The position numbers and the translations under genes were made by a program. The notes under the pieces are model-generated. The model made no database searches. It had not been told where the DNA came from and was given only the letters and a program-made list of their open reading frames with translations. A stretch of 64,000 bases of DNA from an uncultured virus (IMG/VR IMGVR_UViG_3300005573_000079) (Duplodnaviria > Heunggongvirae > Uroviricota > Caudoviricetes > Crassvirales). The number at the start of each line of letters is the position of its first letter. Position 1 is the stretch's first letter. Below, piece after piece: positions 19,029 to 27,292 of this stretch. The stretch lies in IMG/VR virus record IMGVR_UViG_3300005573_000079. One strand, given 5' to 3'.

Positions 19029-20939
19029 TTACTTCTCCCAATAGTTAGAAATTTTAATATCTACTTTAACAGGTATAGATGTAATAACTTCCTTTGCTGC
19101 ACTTATCATAATCTCCTGTAATCTATCTGCCCATAGCTGAGCATAATCTTCTCTTACTTCATACTGAAGTTCATCATACACGCTCATTATCAAGTGTGCT
19201 GGTATGTTATGTTCTTCTATATATCTATCAGCAAGAATAATAGCACGCTTTAATATATCAGCACTACTACCTTGTACAGGAGTATTCTTGGATTCTCTTT
19301 CTATGGATGAAAGATTAATATGGTCTTGCCTGGTTAAAGACTTGCTTGTCTTATACCTAGCATACTCTTCTTTCCAATCGGAGAACCATCTTATCCTTCC
19401 ATAGGGTTGTGATGTTCTGATAAATCCTCTCAGCTTACCTAATTCTCCTATGTAGTCAAGAAACTGTTTTACTCTTGGTACTAAGGAGAAGAAAGTATTG
19501 ATGAATCTATCAGCATCATCTACTGGAATATTCAGGATGGTAGCAATTTTATGTTTAGAAGCACCATAGACTAGTGCAAAGTCTATAGTCTTCTGAGCAT
19601 CTCTGTATGTAATAGAAGGATTAAAGGGCAAAGGCTTCCTTACATCTGTGATAGGAATGTTAAAAGTCATAGCACATAACTTGGAATGTAAGTCTTCTTC
19701 CTTGTTAAATACTTCGAGCCATAAAGGGTCTTTACTAAACTGTGCTATTAACCTTAGTTCAATGTTAGAAAAGTCACCACCAACAATCTTATATCCTGGA
19801 GCAGCTATAAAGCAACTTCTTATTACCTTGCCTAGTTCTCCTTTCCTTGGAATATTGTTGATGTTAGGATTCTCGGTACTTATCCTTCCTGCAGCAAGTA
19901 TTTGCCATATGCTGGTATGTACACGCTGAGTAACAGGATTTATATATTCAAGAAAGGACTTTCCAAAAGAGCTGTTTAGCTTACCCCACTCACTGTATTG
20001 AAGTAACTTAGGAATAATAGGATGCTTATTCTGTAGCAGCCTTAACTCACTGCTATCTGTAGAAGCAACACTTATCCCTAACATCTTGAGTAACGCAAGC
20101 TTCTGCTTAGAGGAACTCCAGTTTATAGTTACTTTTCTCTCAGCTACATTTGAGGAAAATAAATCAAGTTGCTGTGCTGGCTTTATAAACTTATTAAGCT
20201 TGGGATTTACTTTTGCCTGCTCTATGACTATATCATCCAGCTCTTTCTCTATTGAACTTACCTTATCCTGTATAGTCTTAATCACTTCATTCCATCGTGG
20301 TATATCTATTAATACACCATGATATTCCATCTTTGCATAGGCAATAGTAACTTCATTTTCAAGTTCAAGAATTTTATCAAGCTTAAAGTTCCTTATTAGT
20401 AAAAGCTGCTTATCTCTTATATCATGTAAGAATCTTACATCATAAGCAGCATAGAGAATAGTAGATTCTACTAATCCCTTGAACCTCATCTTGCCTCTTT
20501 CTTCTTTACTCAGGTCTATATCAAGATAGTTCTTACATAAAGCCTTGAGACTTAGCTCTCTACTATCTTTATCATGACCTGTAGTAAGAATACATTCAGC
20601 AAGAAATGTGTCATATACTTTGCGTATATGTATATTATAATGTAACAGAAATCTCAAATCAAATTTAGCGTTATGGAATATAAAGGTCTTATCTTTATCT
20701 TCCAACAGAGGTTTGAACTCTTCCAATTTTACTGAAGAACAATCAATTACGTATTGATTTTCAGGTGTACCCAACTGCATAGTTTGAAGTATACCTGTGT
20801 ATGGGTCCATTGATGTAGTTTCAGTATCTACTGCTATCAATGGATGAGCACTTAGATAGTCTATGCATTGCTGTACTGTGCATAGGGTTATCTTATCACT
20901 ATCTAAGTTAAATTGTTGATTAGTTATTAAATATACCAT
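19029..20939 (-). CDS. polA: DNA polymerase family A with 3'-5' exonuclease domain
   Basis: Exo DTET, HNAKFD, YAAYD; motif A DFSNIELR, B RDAQKTIDFALVYG, C VYDE; ATG at 20939 downstream of hairpin. Confidence 0.93.
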   Translation of the reverse strand: MVYLITNQQFNLDSDKITLCTVQQCIDYLSAHPLIAVDTETTSMDPYTGILQTMQLGTPENQYVIDCSSVKLEEFKPLLEDKDKTFIFHNAKFDLRFLLHYNIHIRKVYDTFLAECILTTGHDKDSRELSLKALCKNYLDIDLSKEERGKMRFKGLVESTILYAAYDVRFLHDIRDKQLLLIRNFKLDKILELENEVTIAYAKMEYHGVLIDIPRWNEVIKTIQDKVSSIEKELDDIVIEQAKVNPKLNKFIKPAQQLDLFSSNVAERKVTINWSSSKQKLALLKMLGISVASTDSSELRLLQNKHPIIPKLLQYSEWGKLNSSFGKSFLEYINPVTQRVHTSIWQILAAGRISTENPNINNIPRKGELGKVIRSCFIAAPGYKIVGGDFSNIELRLIAQFSKDPLWLEVFNKEEDLHSKLCAMTFNIPITDVRKPLPFNPSITYRDAQKTIDFALVYGASKHKIATILNIPVDDADRFINTFFSLVPRVKQFLDYIGELGKLRGFIRTSQPYGRIRWFSDWKEEYARYKTSKSLTRQDHINLSSIERESKNTPVQGSSADILKRAIILADRYIEEHNIPAHLIMSVYDELQYEVREDYAQLWADRLQEIMISAAKEVITSIPVKVDIKISNYWEK

Positions 20940-20954
20940 AGTTTGGATATTAAG

Positions 20955-20985
20955 TAAGGGAGGGCACTTATGTGCCACTCCCTTT
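20955..20985 (-). terminator. stem-loop / probable terminator after 20994 gene
   Basis: AAGGGAG-TGGCAC-ATAA-GTGCC-CTCCCTT. Confidence 0.5.
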
Positions 20986-20993
20986 TGTTACTT

Positions 20994-21464
20994 CTAACGA
21001 CTGAAGTCTGTTTTCACAGCAGCTGCTTTAGCAGGCTGTGCATTAGTAGTGCTGACCTGGTCATTGCTCAGGAATTCATCCTTTTCAGCAGACCCTTCAG
21101 GCACTACAATGACACGCCTGTAAATAGGCTCACCATTGTGAGTCATTACAGCACCTGTGGTAGGATTAATCTTGGCGTCCTGCCCTTCATAGAAGGGTTG
21201 AGTGGATTCCTTAACAATCAACTTGACCGGAGTTACTTTTTCAGAGAAGTCATCTCCTTCTTTGAGATTATGCTTCCTGATAAGGTCTTCCAGGTCTTTA
21301 ACCCTGCCACGCACACCTGCTACCCTCTTATCCTGGGTGAGAAATCCCGAGTCATTCAGCTTAGTGCCTTCATAACGAAGCGGGATAATCCCAAATTCAG
21401 GATTGTTCGGAGATACAGCAATCAGACTGTCATGTCCCTGAGCTTTGAAAATTACAGCTTTCAT
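20994..21464 (-). CDS. hypothetical protein, possible OB-fold ssDNA-binding protein
   Basis: beta-rich 156 aa next to polymerase with low-complexity tail; preceded by pseudoknot leader. Confidence 0.55.
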   Translation of the reverse strand: MKAVIFKAQGHDSLIAVSPNNPEFGIIPLRYEGTKLNDSGFLTQDKRVAGVRGRVKDLEDLIRKHNLKEGDDFSEKVTPVKLIVKESTQPFYEGQDAKINPTTGAVMTHNGEPIYRRVIVVPEGSAEKDEFLSNDQVSTTNAQPAKAAAVKTDFSR

Positions 21465-21497
21465 AGTAATAGAGTTTAAAAGATTATATAAAAATAT

Positions 21498-21534
21498 GCA
21501 GGTCTTTATTTATAGACGCGACCTGCTTTACGTC
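21498..21534 (-). promoter_or_regulatory. H-type RNA pseudoknot in 5' leader of 20994-21464
   Basis: GACGU-AAA-GCAGGUC-GCGUC-UAUAAAUAAA-GACCUGC. Confidence 0.65.
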
Positions 21535-21541
21535 ATATATC

Positions 21542-21712
21542 TTAACGGTCTCTCTTGAGTCTCTTGAGCAGAGCCTTTTCTTCAGAGGTCTTTATAAATG
21601 TCTCCCTGTCTATTTCTAGCTTGGGAGGTCTTATACCTGCTCGTACCATCATATCATCATCTGTGGTATCTACAGGTTTATAAAGCGGTCCACCACATAT
21701 ATTTTTTCTCAT
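21542..21712 (-). CDS. small protein (56 aa, MRKNICGGPLYKP...) below ORF-track cutoff
   Basis: manual translation; fills gap between SRAP and next gene. Confidence 0.55.
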   Translation of the reverse strand: MRKNICGGPLYKPVDTTDDDMMVRAGIRPPKLEIDRETFIKTSEEKALLKRLKRDR

Positions 21713-21733
21713 GGCTATAAAGTTTTAGAATGA

Positions 21734-22165
21734 TTAAGCATACTGTAATAATACTCTCATCACAGGCAACTCCGATGCTTCAAACTCTATAGGAGCTCCT
21801 GCAAGGAACTCTTCCTTGAAGTTATTAACTATCAGAGGCATCCTGTGATGATACTTACTCACCTGCCAATTGGCTGGTATAGTTATTAAGGCAAATTCAT
21901 TTTGCCTGCTATATATACCACCAAGTAGCAGATTAGAGTCAGGTAAGGAAAATCTCACCTTACCTTCGTAAAAGCTATCTACCTCCAATATGCATCTATT
22001 AGAAGCTATGGGCCTCCATATATTGCCAAGTTTTTCAAACCTGGCATTATAAATTCTGCCATTGTCAAACCCAAACTTCATGGTAATAGGTCCATTAGGA
22101 GTATATACAGTGGTGAGAGTACCTGGTACAACAGGTACTCCACCTTTAGAAGTTCTTCCGCACAT
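21734..22165 (-). CDS. SRAP family (HMCES/YedK-like) abasic-site processing protein
   Basis: MCGR N-terminus, NAR.E, RC......FYE, HHRMP. Confidence 0.88.
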   Translation of the reverse strand: MCGRTSKGGVPVVPGTLTTVYTPNGPITMKFGFDNGRIYNARFEKLGNIWRPIASNRCILEVDSFYEGKVRFSLPDSNLLLGGIYSRQNEFALITIPANWQVSKYHHRMPLIVNNFKEEFLAGAPIEFEASELPVMRVLLQYA

Positions 22166-22166
22166 A

Positions 22167-22418
22167 CTACATCAAGTCTTCAGGGTCAAACTTAGTGCTG
22201 ATAATCCCGTATCGGAATGCTGTATATACAGCTTCATATGTAGTCAGTTTTTCTGCCAGGGCTTTGAGTATCTGAGATTTCCTGGGGCAGTTAAACATCA
22301 AATCAGCTAACAACCCAGCAAGCTCAGCATTCTTTTCTTTTGATATACCCATTGATTCAATTAAAGAATCAGTGTCAGGTAAATTTTGTTTTTTAGATTC
22401 CATAGGTTCCATAATCAT
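22167..22418 (-). CDS. small helical protein, paralog B2
   Basis: similar to 3047 and 22434 ORFs. Confidence 0.65.
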   Translation of the reverse strand: MIMEPMESKKQNLPDTDSLIESMGISKEKNAELAGLLADLMFNCPRKSQILKALAEKLTTYEAVYTAFRYGIISTKFDPEDLM

Positions 22419-22433
22419 AAATTTTAAAGGTTA

Positions 22434-22661
22434 TTAATTAAGGACAACATTATTCATAATGTCAAGTTTATTTATTACTGTGGCAAAGTTGTATGCTATA
22501 AAAGCTAACTCTTTGCCACTGTATAGCTTGCTTAACTCCTCTAAAATAGCTGACTTAGTATCATAAGCAGCTATCATAGTGGATAATATCATTGCCATCT
22601 CAATGCGTGTGGACGTAGGTATGCCCATAGCATTGGATAGAGTTTCATCATCCTTTTTCAT
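22434..22661 (-). CDS. small helical protein, paralog B3
   Basis: KSAILEELSKLYSGKELAF vs KSEAYRELCKRYSGETLAF of 3047. Confidence 0.65.
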   Translation of the reverse strand: MKKDDETLSNAMGIPTSTRIEMAMILSTMIAAYDTKSAILEELSKLYSGKELAFIAYNFATVINKLDIMNNVVLN

Positions 22662-22666
22662 AGGAA

Positions 22667-22888
22667 TTAAGCTTTGATGACAGTATGTATATCATCTTCA
22701 GTGTATCCAGGGTACATAGTTACCCACATACCCCTGCACGTGTGCATAAAGGAGGCATCTTTATCACACTGGTACTTAGTACCAATGTGTTTGCCTTCCT
22801 TGTCTAAGTAGAATTCAACTGCAAGTACTTCTCCTGGCCTGGAGAACCTTGTAAATTCCTTTTTGAAAAATTCCATATCTACATTCAT
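22667..22888 (-). CDS. hypothetical protein
   Basis: ORF, packing. Confidence 0.55.
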   Translation of the reverse strand: MNVDMEFFKKEFTRFSRPGEVLAVEFYLDKEGKHIGTKYQCDKDASFMHTCRGMWVTMYPGYTEDDIHTVIKA

Positions 22889-22898
22889 AGGTATTATA

Positions 22899-22962
22899 CT
22901 AACCAGATTTTGTTATAACAGCCTGACAGGTAATCTGGTTAGATTTATGTGACCTGTCAGGC
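22899..22962 (-). promoter_or_regulatory. long-stem H-type pseudoknot (11+11 bp) or two-state switch
   Basis: GCCUGACAGGU/ACCUGUCAGGC interleaved with CUAACCAGAUU/AAUCUGGUUAG. Confidence 0.7.
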
Positions 22963-22979
22963 ATAAAAATTTAGATATA

Positions 22980-23393
22980 TTATTTAGGCATATCATTAAT
23001 TTCATCCAGGTATTCTGATGCTTCAGAAGATATGCTTTCATCACCACTCTTCATGATGGTGACTTCATACCAGCAGCCACCACCATTTGATGTGGTTCTT
23101 TCTTCCGCAAATACAGCATTTACAGGGTGTCTGTTTAGCCAATCATTGTGGCTAATATCTCCAGTCCCATTGTACAAGGAAATGAGATGTGAACTTCCTT
23201 TTACAATGCTTAGAGCTTGCCTACCCTTTTTGGTGGTAAACTCTTTTACACTGCAAGGTAAGTTCTTGCACTCAGGAATGCTCTTCATTGGCATCTCCTC
23301 AATCAAGGATGGAGATATTATTAACAGCTTGCTAAAGCCGTCAATAATTACTGGACCGTTTTCTACGGTCTTTATTATCTTGATATTTTTCAT
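22980..23393 (-). CDS. hypothetical protein
   Basis: 137-aa ORF. Confidence 0.6.
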   Translation of the reverse strand: MKNIKIIKTVENGPVIIDGFSKLLIISPSLIEEMPMKSIPECKNLPCSVKEFTTKKGRQALSIVKGSSHLISLYNGTGDISHNDWLNRHPVNAVFAEERTTSNGGGCWYEVTIMKSGDESISSEASEYLDEINDMPK

Positions 23394-23553
23394 AGTATAA
23401 TACTTTCTACCATCACACCTATGGTAGTATTTTCATCTTTGGCTGGTGTCGCCATAAATGCATTTGATAAGAGTGTATGCTTATAACCCATAGACTTATT
23501 GATTCATCTATGTCAAATGCACGCATACACAATTTTTATTGTATGATATTACC

Positions 23554-23715
23554 TTAACTTTTGCGTATCAGCAGCATCACAAAGGATACTGCTGAAGCTC
23601 CAGCAAGTATAAGTCTTGCCTGACCACTCAGTGTTTCACTTGTAACTGCGAAAGTTATAAAGAACACTGCGCATAAAATTAAGGTTATATCATACAGGTA
23701 TAACCATTTTTTCAT
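23554..23715 (-). CDS. small two-TM membrane protein (53 aa)
   Basis: MKKWLYLYDITLILCAVFFITFAVTSETLSGQARLILAGASAVSFVMLLIRKS; manual translation. Confidence 0.6.
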   Translation of the reverse strand: MKKWLYLYDITLILCAVFFITFAVTSETLSGQARLILAGASAVSFVMLLIRKS

Positions 23716-23812
23716 ATATATATGCTTAAACCCAAGAATCTACTATGGCTTTACTAAATACAAAGGCACTTGCTCCTACTCTGGCAAGCCACTTTGTGCT
23801 TCTTAAAAGTTT

Positions 23813-24229
23813 TTATGATTTGAATTTTTTTGGTTTATATACTTTTAATTGGGGGTGACGCTGTATAAGATATTCCCAATTAAGTTTTCCCAACATTTCT
23901 GCATTACAATATTTTATAAATCTGGGGTGATTATCCAGCAGCATAACCCAGTCATAATAGTCTAATTTGTTCCAATCACAATACTTTGCGTATTTTGATT
24001 TGTATGTTAATAATTTAGCCCAATCGGAACCTTGTATTTCATTCCAATTACAATGTTTTTCAAATTGCGTATATCCATGTCTGAGCCTCCATAACCTAAA
24101 ATTCAATGGACACTTCTCAAAAACCTCCTGCAATGTTTTGCAGGAATGATTAAATTTTTTTCCTTCCTTGCAAGCTCCATTAATTTCCCATTCAGTATGG
24201 AGCTCTTCAAGTGTATTAAAGATTTTCAT
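23813..24229 (-). CDS. Trp/Leu helical-repeat protein, paralog A3
   Basis: ATG at 24229 (MKIFNTLEEL); nucleotide-level similarity to 1270-1695. Confidence 0.8.
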   Translation of the reverse strand: MKIFNTLEELHTEWEINGACKEGKKFNHSCKTLQEVFEKCPLNFRLWRLRHGYTQFEKHCNWNEIQGSDWAKLLTYKSKYAKYCDWNKLDYYDWVMLLDNHPRFIKYCNAEMLGKLNWEYLIQRHPQLKVYKPKKFKS

Positions 24230-24271
24230 AATTTGATTTTTTTGGTTTATATACTTTTTTAATTTTATTTC

Positions 24272-24350
24272 CTGCATAGGTGGGAGTGTTACACTATGCA
24301 GAAAATAGCATACTATTTATATACTACCGTATGCTAGGGTAGTTATATTG
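24272..24350 (-). repeat. pseudoknot+hairpin intergenic element, copy 1
   Basis: ACUACC-C-UAGCAUAC-GGUAGU-AUAUAAAUA-GUAUGCUA then CUGCAUAG/CUAUGCAG hairpin. Confidence 0.7.
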
Positions 24351-24364
24351 TTAAAAACTATAAG

Positions 24365-24841
24365 CTATACCCCTATTATTGCTTTTATCGTTTTTATTAT
24401 GTGATTATCCAGTTTGTCATAATGTAAGGGCGAGGGTATTTGCCCCTCTTCAATATAATTAGAGATAATCTTTTTCAGGATATATCTCATCTTCTTAAAC
24501 TCTTTACTTTGATGGATTGCCCTGAACCCCTTTAAGTTCTCTCTATATGTGTACTCAATACTTCCATCACTATCAACTGTCAGATTTGCCCTCTGACTGT
24601 AGATATGAATTCTATATACACTTAAATTACATTCGGTATACTTTATTTTGTATACCAGTATAAAATTATTTACCTCATAAGCGAGGTAAAACACATACTC
24701 CTTCCCATTGAACCACAAGTGGTTCTCCAGTTTCTCTGCATATCTTTTTTTCCATGCAGGAATTGTGTGCTTATTGTCGTAGTTCCAGAAAATCCTTTTT
24801 GTTTCTCTGGAAATTACACTGGAAAGGTCTATCTTTTCCAT
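24365..24841 (-). CDS. hypothetical protein
   Basis: 158-aa ORF. Confidence 0.6.
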   Translation of the reverse strand: MEKIDLSSVISRETKRIFWNYDNKHTIPAWKKRYAEKLENHLWFNGKEYVFYLAYEVNNFILVYKIKYTECNLSVYRIHIYSQRANLTVDSDGSIEYTYRENLKGFRAIHQSKEFKKMRYILKKIISNYIEEGQIPSPLHYDKLDNHIIKTIKAIIGV

Positions 24842-24870
24842 AACTTTAAATTTAAATCCTCATTAATTAA

Positions 24871-24955
24871 AGGTTAACCACGGCGGGGATATTACCATAG
24901 TTAACCTAAAAACATACTATTTATATACCGCCGTATGTCAGAGCGGTTATATTTG
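24871..24955 (-). repeat. pseudoknot+hairpin intergenic element, copy 2
   Basis: ACCGCU-CUG-ACAUAC-GGCGGU-AUAUAAAUA-GUAUGU then AGGUUAACUAUGG/CCGUGGUUAACCU hairpin. Confidence 0.75.
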
Positions 24956-24956
24956 G

Positions 24957-25172
24957 TTAAAAGAATATTTCACTGTAGTGAAAATATTCTTTTAATGTCT
25001 TGTCCAGTTCTTTCGTAGAGGATATATTCTTTGTGAATACTATCCTCACCCTGTTTGGGGTATACTTTGTGATATTCACGAAGTTTCCCCAAATGATGGC
25101 TTCAAAATCACCCCTATACAGTTTGTTAGAGGCTATATATTTGAAACCATATTCCAGTAATATTCGTTCCAT
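24957..25172 (-). CDS. hypothetical protein
   Basis: ORF overlapping GATase end. Confidence 0.55.
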   Translation of the reverse strand: MERILLEYGFKYIASNKLYRGDFEAIIWGNFVNITKYTPNRVRIVFTKNISSTKELDKTLKEYFHYSEIFF

Positions 25173-25690
25173 ATATTACTTATGTTTAAAAAATTCAAGT
25201 TGGAATACAGGTTACCACCTAAATTATAGAATAGTTCTTTATTTAAGATAGTAATCCCATTCTTGTGCATTATAACCATGCGATTATAATGGATTACTTT
25301 CTCAAGGTACTCTATATAGGTGGCATTATTCAATCTAGTGACATCTATAGTCTTTGCAAACATATAGGTATCACTTAATCTGCTATTGCCATATCCAGTT
25401 ATTACACCATTATGGACAATAGCAGTGTCTCTGCCTACTTTTATGGGTTGAGTATTGGTAAAATTAATCTTACCATGTGTTGCAACTCTAAAGTGCAACA
25501 CAATTAACCCACTGAACGTTCTCCTTAGTTCATAGTATTTCTCTATGACTTTGAGATTGTTCAAATTTTTATATATTCTTAATCCGGACGAGTGCCACAT
25601 CATACCAGCCCCATCAGGATTATACCATGAGGCCCTTTCTAAGATATGATGCGGCACTTCGCCAGATTTATTTATGATGATTACGCACAT
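25133..25690 (-). CDS. class II (Ntn) glutamine amidotransferase
   Basis: N-terminal MC, NPDGAG, HFRVATHG, HNG, SDT. Confidence 0.88.
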   Translation of the reverse strand: MCVIIINKSGEVPHHILERASWYNPDGAGMMWHSSGLRIYKNLNNLKVIEKYYELRRTFSGLIVLHFRVATHGKINFTNTQPIKVGRDTAIVHNGVITGYGNSRLSDTYMFAKTIDVTRLNNATYIEYLEKVIHYNRMVIMHKNGITILNKELFYNLGGNLYSNLNFLNISNIWNEYYWNMVSNI

Positions 25691-26639
25691 GTTCTAAGAT
25701 TTTTATTATAATATCAGCCTTCCGCAAATCAGGGCTTAACCCTATGTGCAGCGGAAAGGCTGTATTGAACCGCCAGAGGTCATTACTAGCATAGTTGGTT
25801 GCACCAACTACTTCAGCTAATCTTGGTATCCTCGGGCAGTATACCAGATTCTCACCCCGTTCCTCTTTCAGGCCGAAGAAAACTATCGGAATAGGTAAGT
25901 CATTGAAGTCTCCTTTAATGTCAGAGCCCACGTTATACTCATCTCTGAAAGAATAACTGTAGGCTCTTTCTGCTTTACTTTCTTTCACCCAATTACTATT
26001 GATTGGGCGATATAAGGCTTTTGCAACCCTGTCAATTTCCTGCAACAAGGTTGCAAAATCTCTCTTATTTATAAAATGCCGATAGTTACTATATTCAATC
26101 GTAACGGGTTCGCCATCTGCTACAAGCCCATATTTAAGGACGCTTAAGGCAATCTTGTAAGCCAACTTAAGAGTCAGCTTACATAAGACAGGGGTAGCAA
26201 TCCACCCAGCCGGCAAGCTTCTATACTCGAAGCCATAGCGTTTGTACTCTATGGCCCCTCTCTGCCCGTATGAACCACGGGCATCCCCCTGTAATTTGTC
26301 GAACAGGGGGTAAATATAGCTATCCATAGCGTCAGCTATGTCCCTTGTCTTTCCATGGATAGCAAAGTGAATGTGACCACCTATTGCATAGGTGTCACCA
26401 GCAACAACCAACCGGAGACCTTTTTTATCAGCCTCCTCTATTATTTTCTTTATTTTGAACCGCACCGAATTCCAGTTGCCTGGCTTAGGGCGCAGTTCAA
26501 CAACGTCAGGGCATCCATCAAGCCCCAACGTCTTGTTATTGTTCGGGTCGCTGACCAGATAGCTGGCCTGGATAATGTTACCCAGTTCATCCAGCACTTC
26601 TGCTTCTGGGTCAGCACCCATTATTATAGGGTTTTTCAT
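25668..26639 (-). CDS. phiEco32-like COOH-NH2 ligase type 2 (amidoligase)
   Basis: GADPE, DG...ELRP.P, GGHIHF, R..YG..G, YGFEYRSLP..W. Confidence 0.85.
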   Translation of the reverse strand: MKNPIIMGADPEAEVLDELGNIIQASYLVSDPNNNKTLGLDGCPDVVELRPKPGNWNSVRFKIKKIIEEADKKGLRLVVAGDTYAIGGHIHFAIHGKTRDIADAMDSYIYPLFDKLQGDARGSYGQRGAIEYKRYGFEYRSLPAGWIATPVLCKLTLKLAYKIALSVLKYGLVADGEPVTIEYSNYRHFINKRDFATLLQEIDRVAKALYRPINSNWVKESKAERAYSYSFRDEYNVGSDIKGDFNDLPIPIVFFGLKEERGENLVYCPRIPRLAEVVGATNYASNDLWRFNTAFPLHIGLSPDLRKADIIIKILEHVRNHHK

Positions 26640-26656
26640 ATTTTTAAATTTTAAAT

Positions 26657-26908
26657 CCCGGCCAGGTGGTTTAGGCCTGACCGGGCACCTGGTTTTTCCA
26701 TTACCAGAAAGGGCTGGTTATAAGTCCAGCAACTACCCCCGCCGGATAAGGCAAGGGGCTTTTCCGCAGACAGCTCACCAGGGTTTTATCCCTGGCTTCT
26801 TTGCGTTTTTACGCCCTCATCCCTGCGGCGACTCGGGCAACCATAGTGCTATCACTGCTTGGTGTAGGTTACTATACTTCACCATACACCCCCTGCTATG
26901 GGACAGGG
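26657..26908 (-). ncRNA. candidate structured RNA / leader of amidoligase operon
   Basis: GC-rich ~250-nt non-coding tract with at least 6 hairpins. Confidence 0.4.
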
Positions 26909-26966
26909 TTAAATAGTTTTATTTTTTTTTTCTTATCCCCTTTTATTTTCTTTTTTTTATTAGTAT

Positions 26967-27062
26967 AGGATAGTTATGGCGGGGATAGTACCATAATCAT
27001 CCTTTATCTTAAAAGAGACACACTACTTATATCCCGCCGTGTGTCAGGGCGGTTATACTGGG
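26967..27062 (-). repeat. pseudoknot+hairpin intergenic element, copy 3
   Basis: CCGCC-CU-GACACAC-GGCGG-GAUAUAAGUA-GUGUGUC then hairpin with loop UACUAUCCCCG. Confidence 0.75.
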
Positions 27063-27275
27063 TTATTCGTCTTCCCCGTTGGAAAATAAGAAGCAGTCGC
27101 AGTTCTTTTCATTTAGCCAGAGGCCCGCAGCCTCTGACCTATAATTGTATTCTGGGTCATAGTCGACCACTTCTCTGGCAATTACATTCTTGCCTTTTAT
27201 TTCTGTGTACTGGGGTACTGCATAGTTTCCTGGTGCATCCAGTACCAGGATAACATCAATCTGTTCTTTTTTCAT
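27063..27275 (-). CDS. hypothetical protein
   Basis: ORF with ATG after AT-rich leader. Confidence 0.6.
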   Translation of the reverse strand: MKKEQIDVILVLDAPGNYAVPQYTEIKGKNVIAREVVDYDPEYNYRSEAAGLWLNEKNCDCFLFSNGEDE

Positions 27276-27292
27276 AGTCTTAAAATTTAGTA

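Noticed and set aside
1270..24229. DGR template/variable repeat pair (1270-1695 vs 23813-24229)
   Set aside because: Differences are not adenine-restricted, both copies are intact genes, and there is no reverse transcriptase in the window
24306..24343. preQ1-I riboswitch
   Set aside because: Similar topology, but S2 is a long Watson-Crick stem, the ligand-pocket consensus is not evident and no queuosine genes are adjacent
24272..27062. CRISPR array or mini-array
   Set aside because: Repeats are degenerate and separated by whole genes, not by uniform spacers
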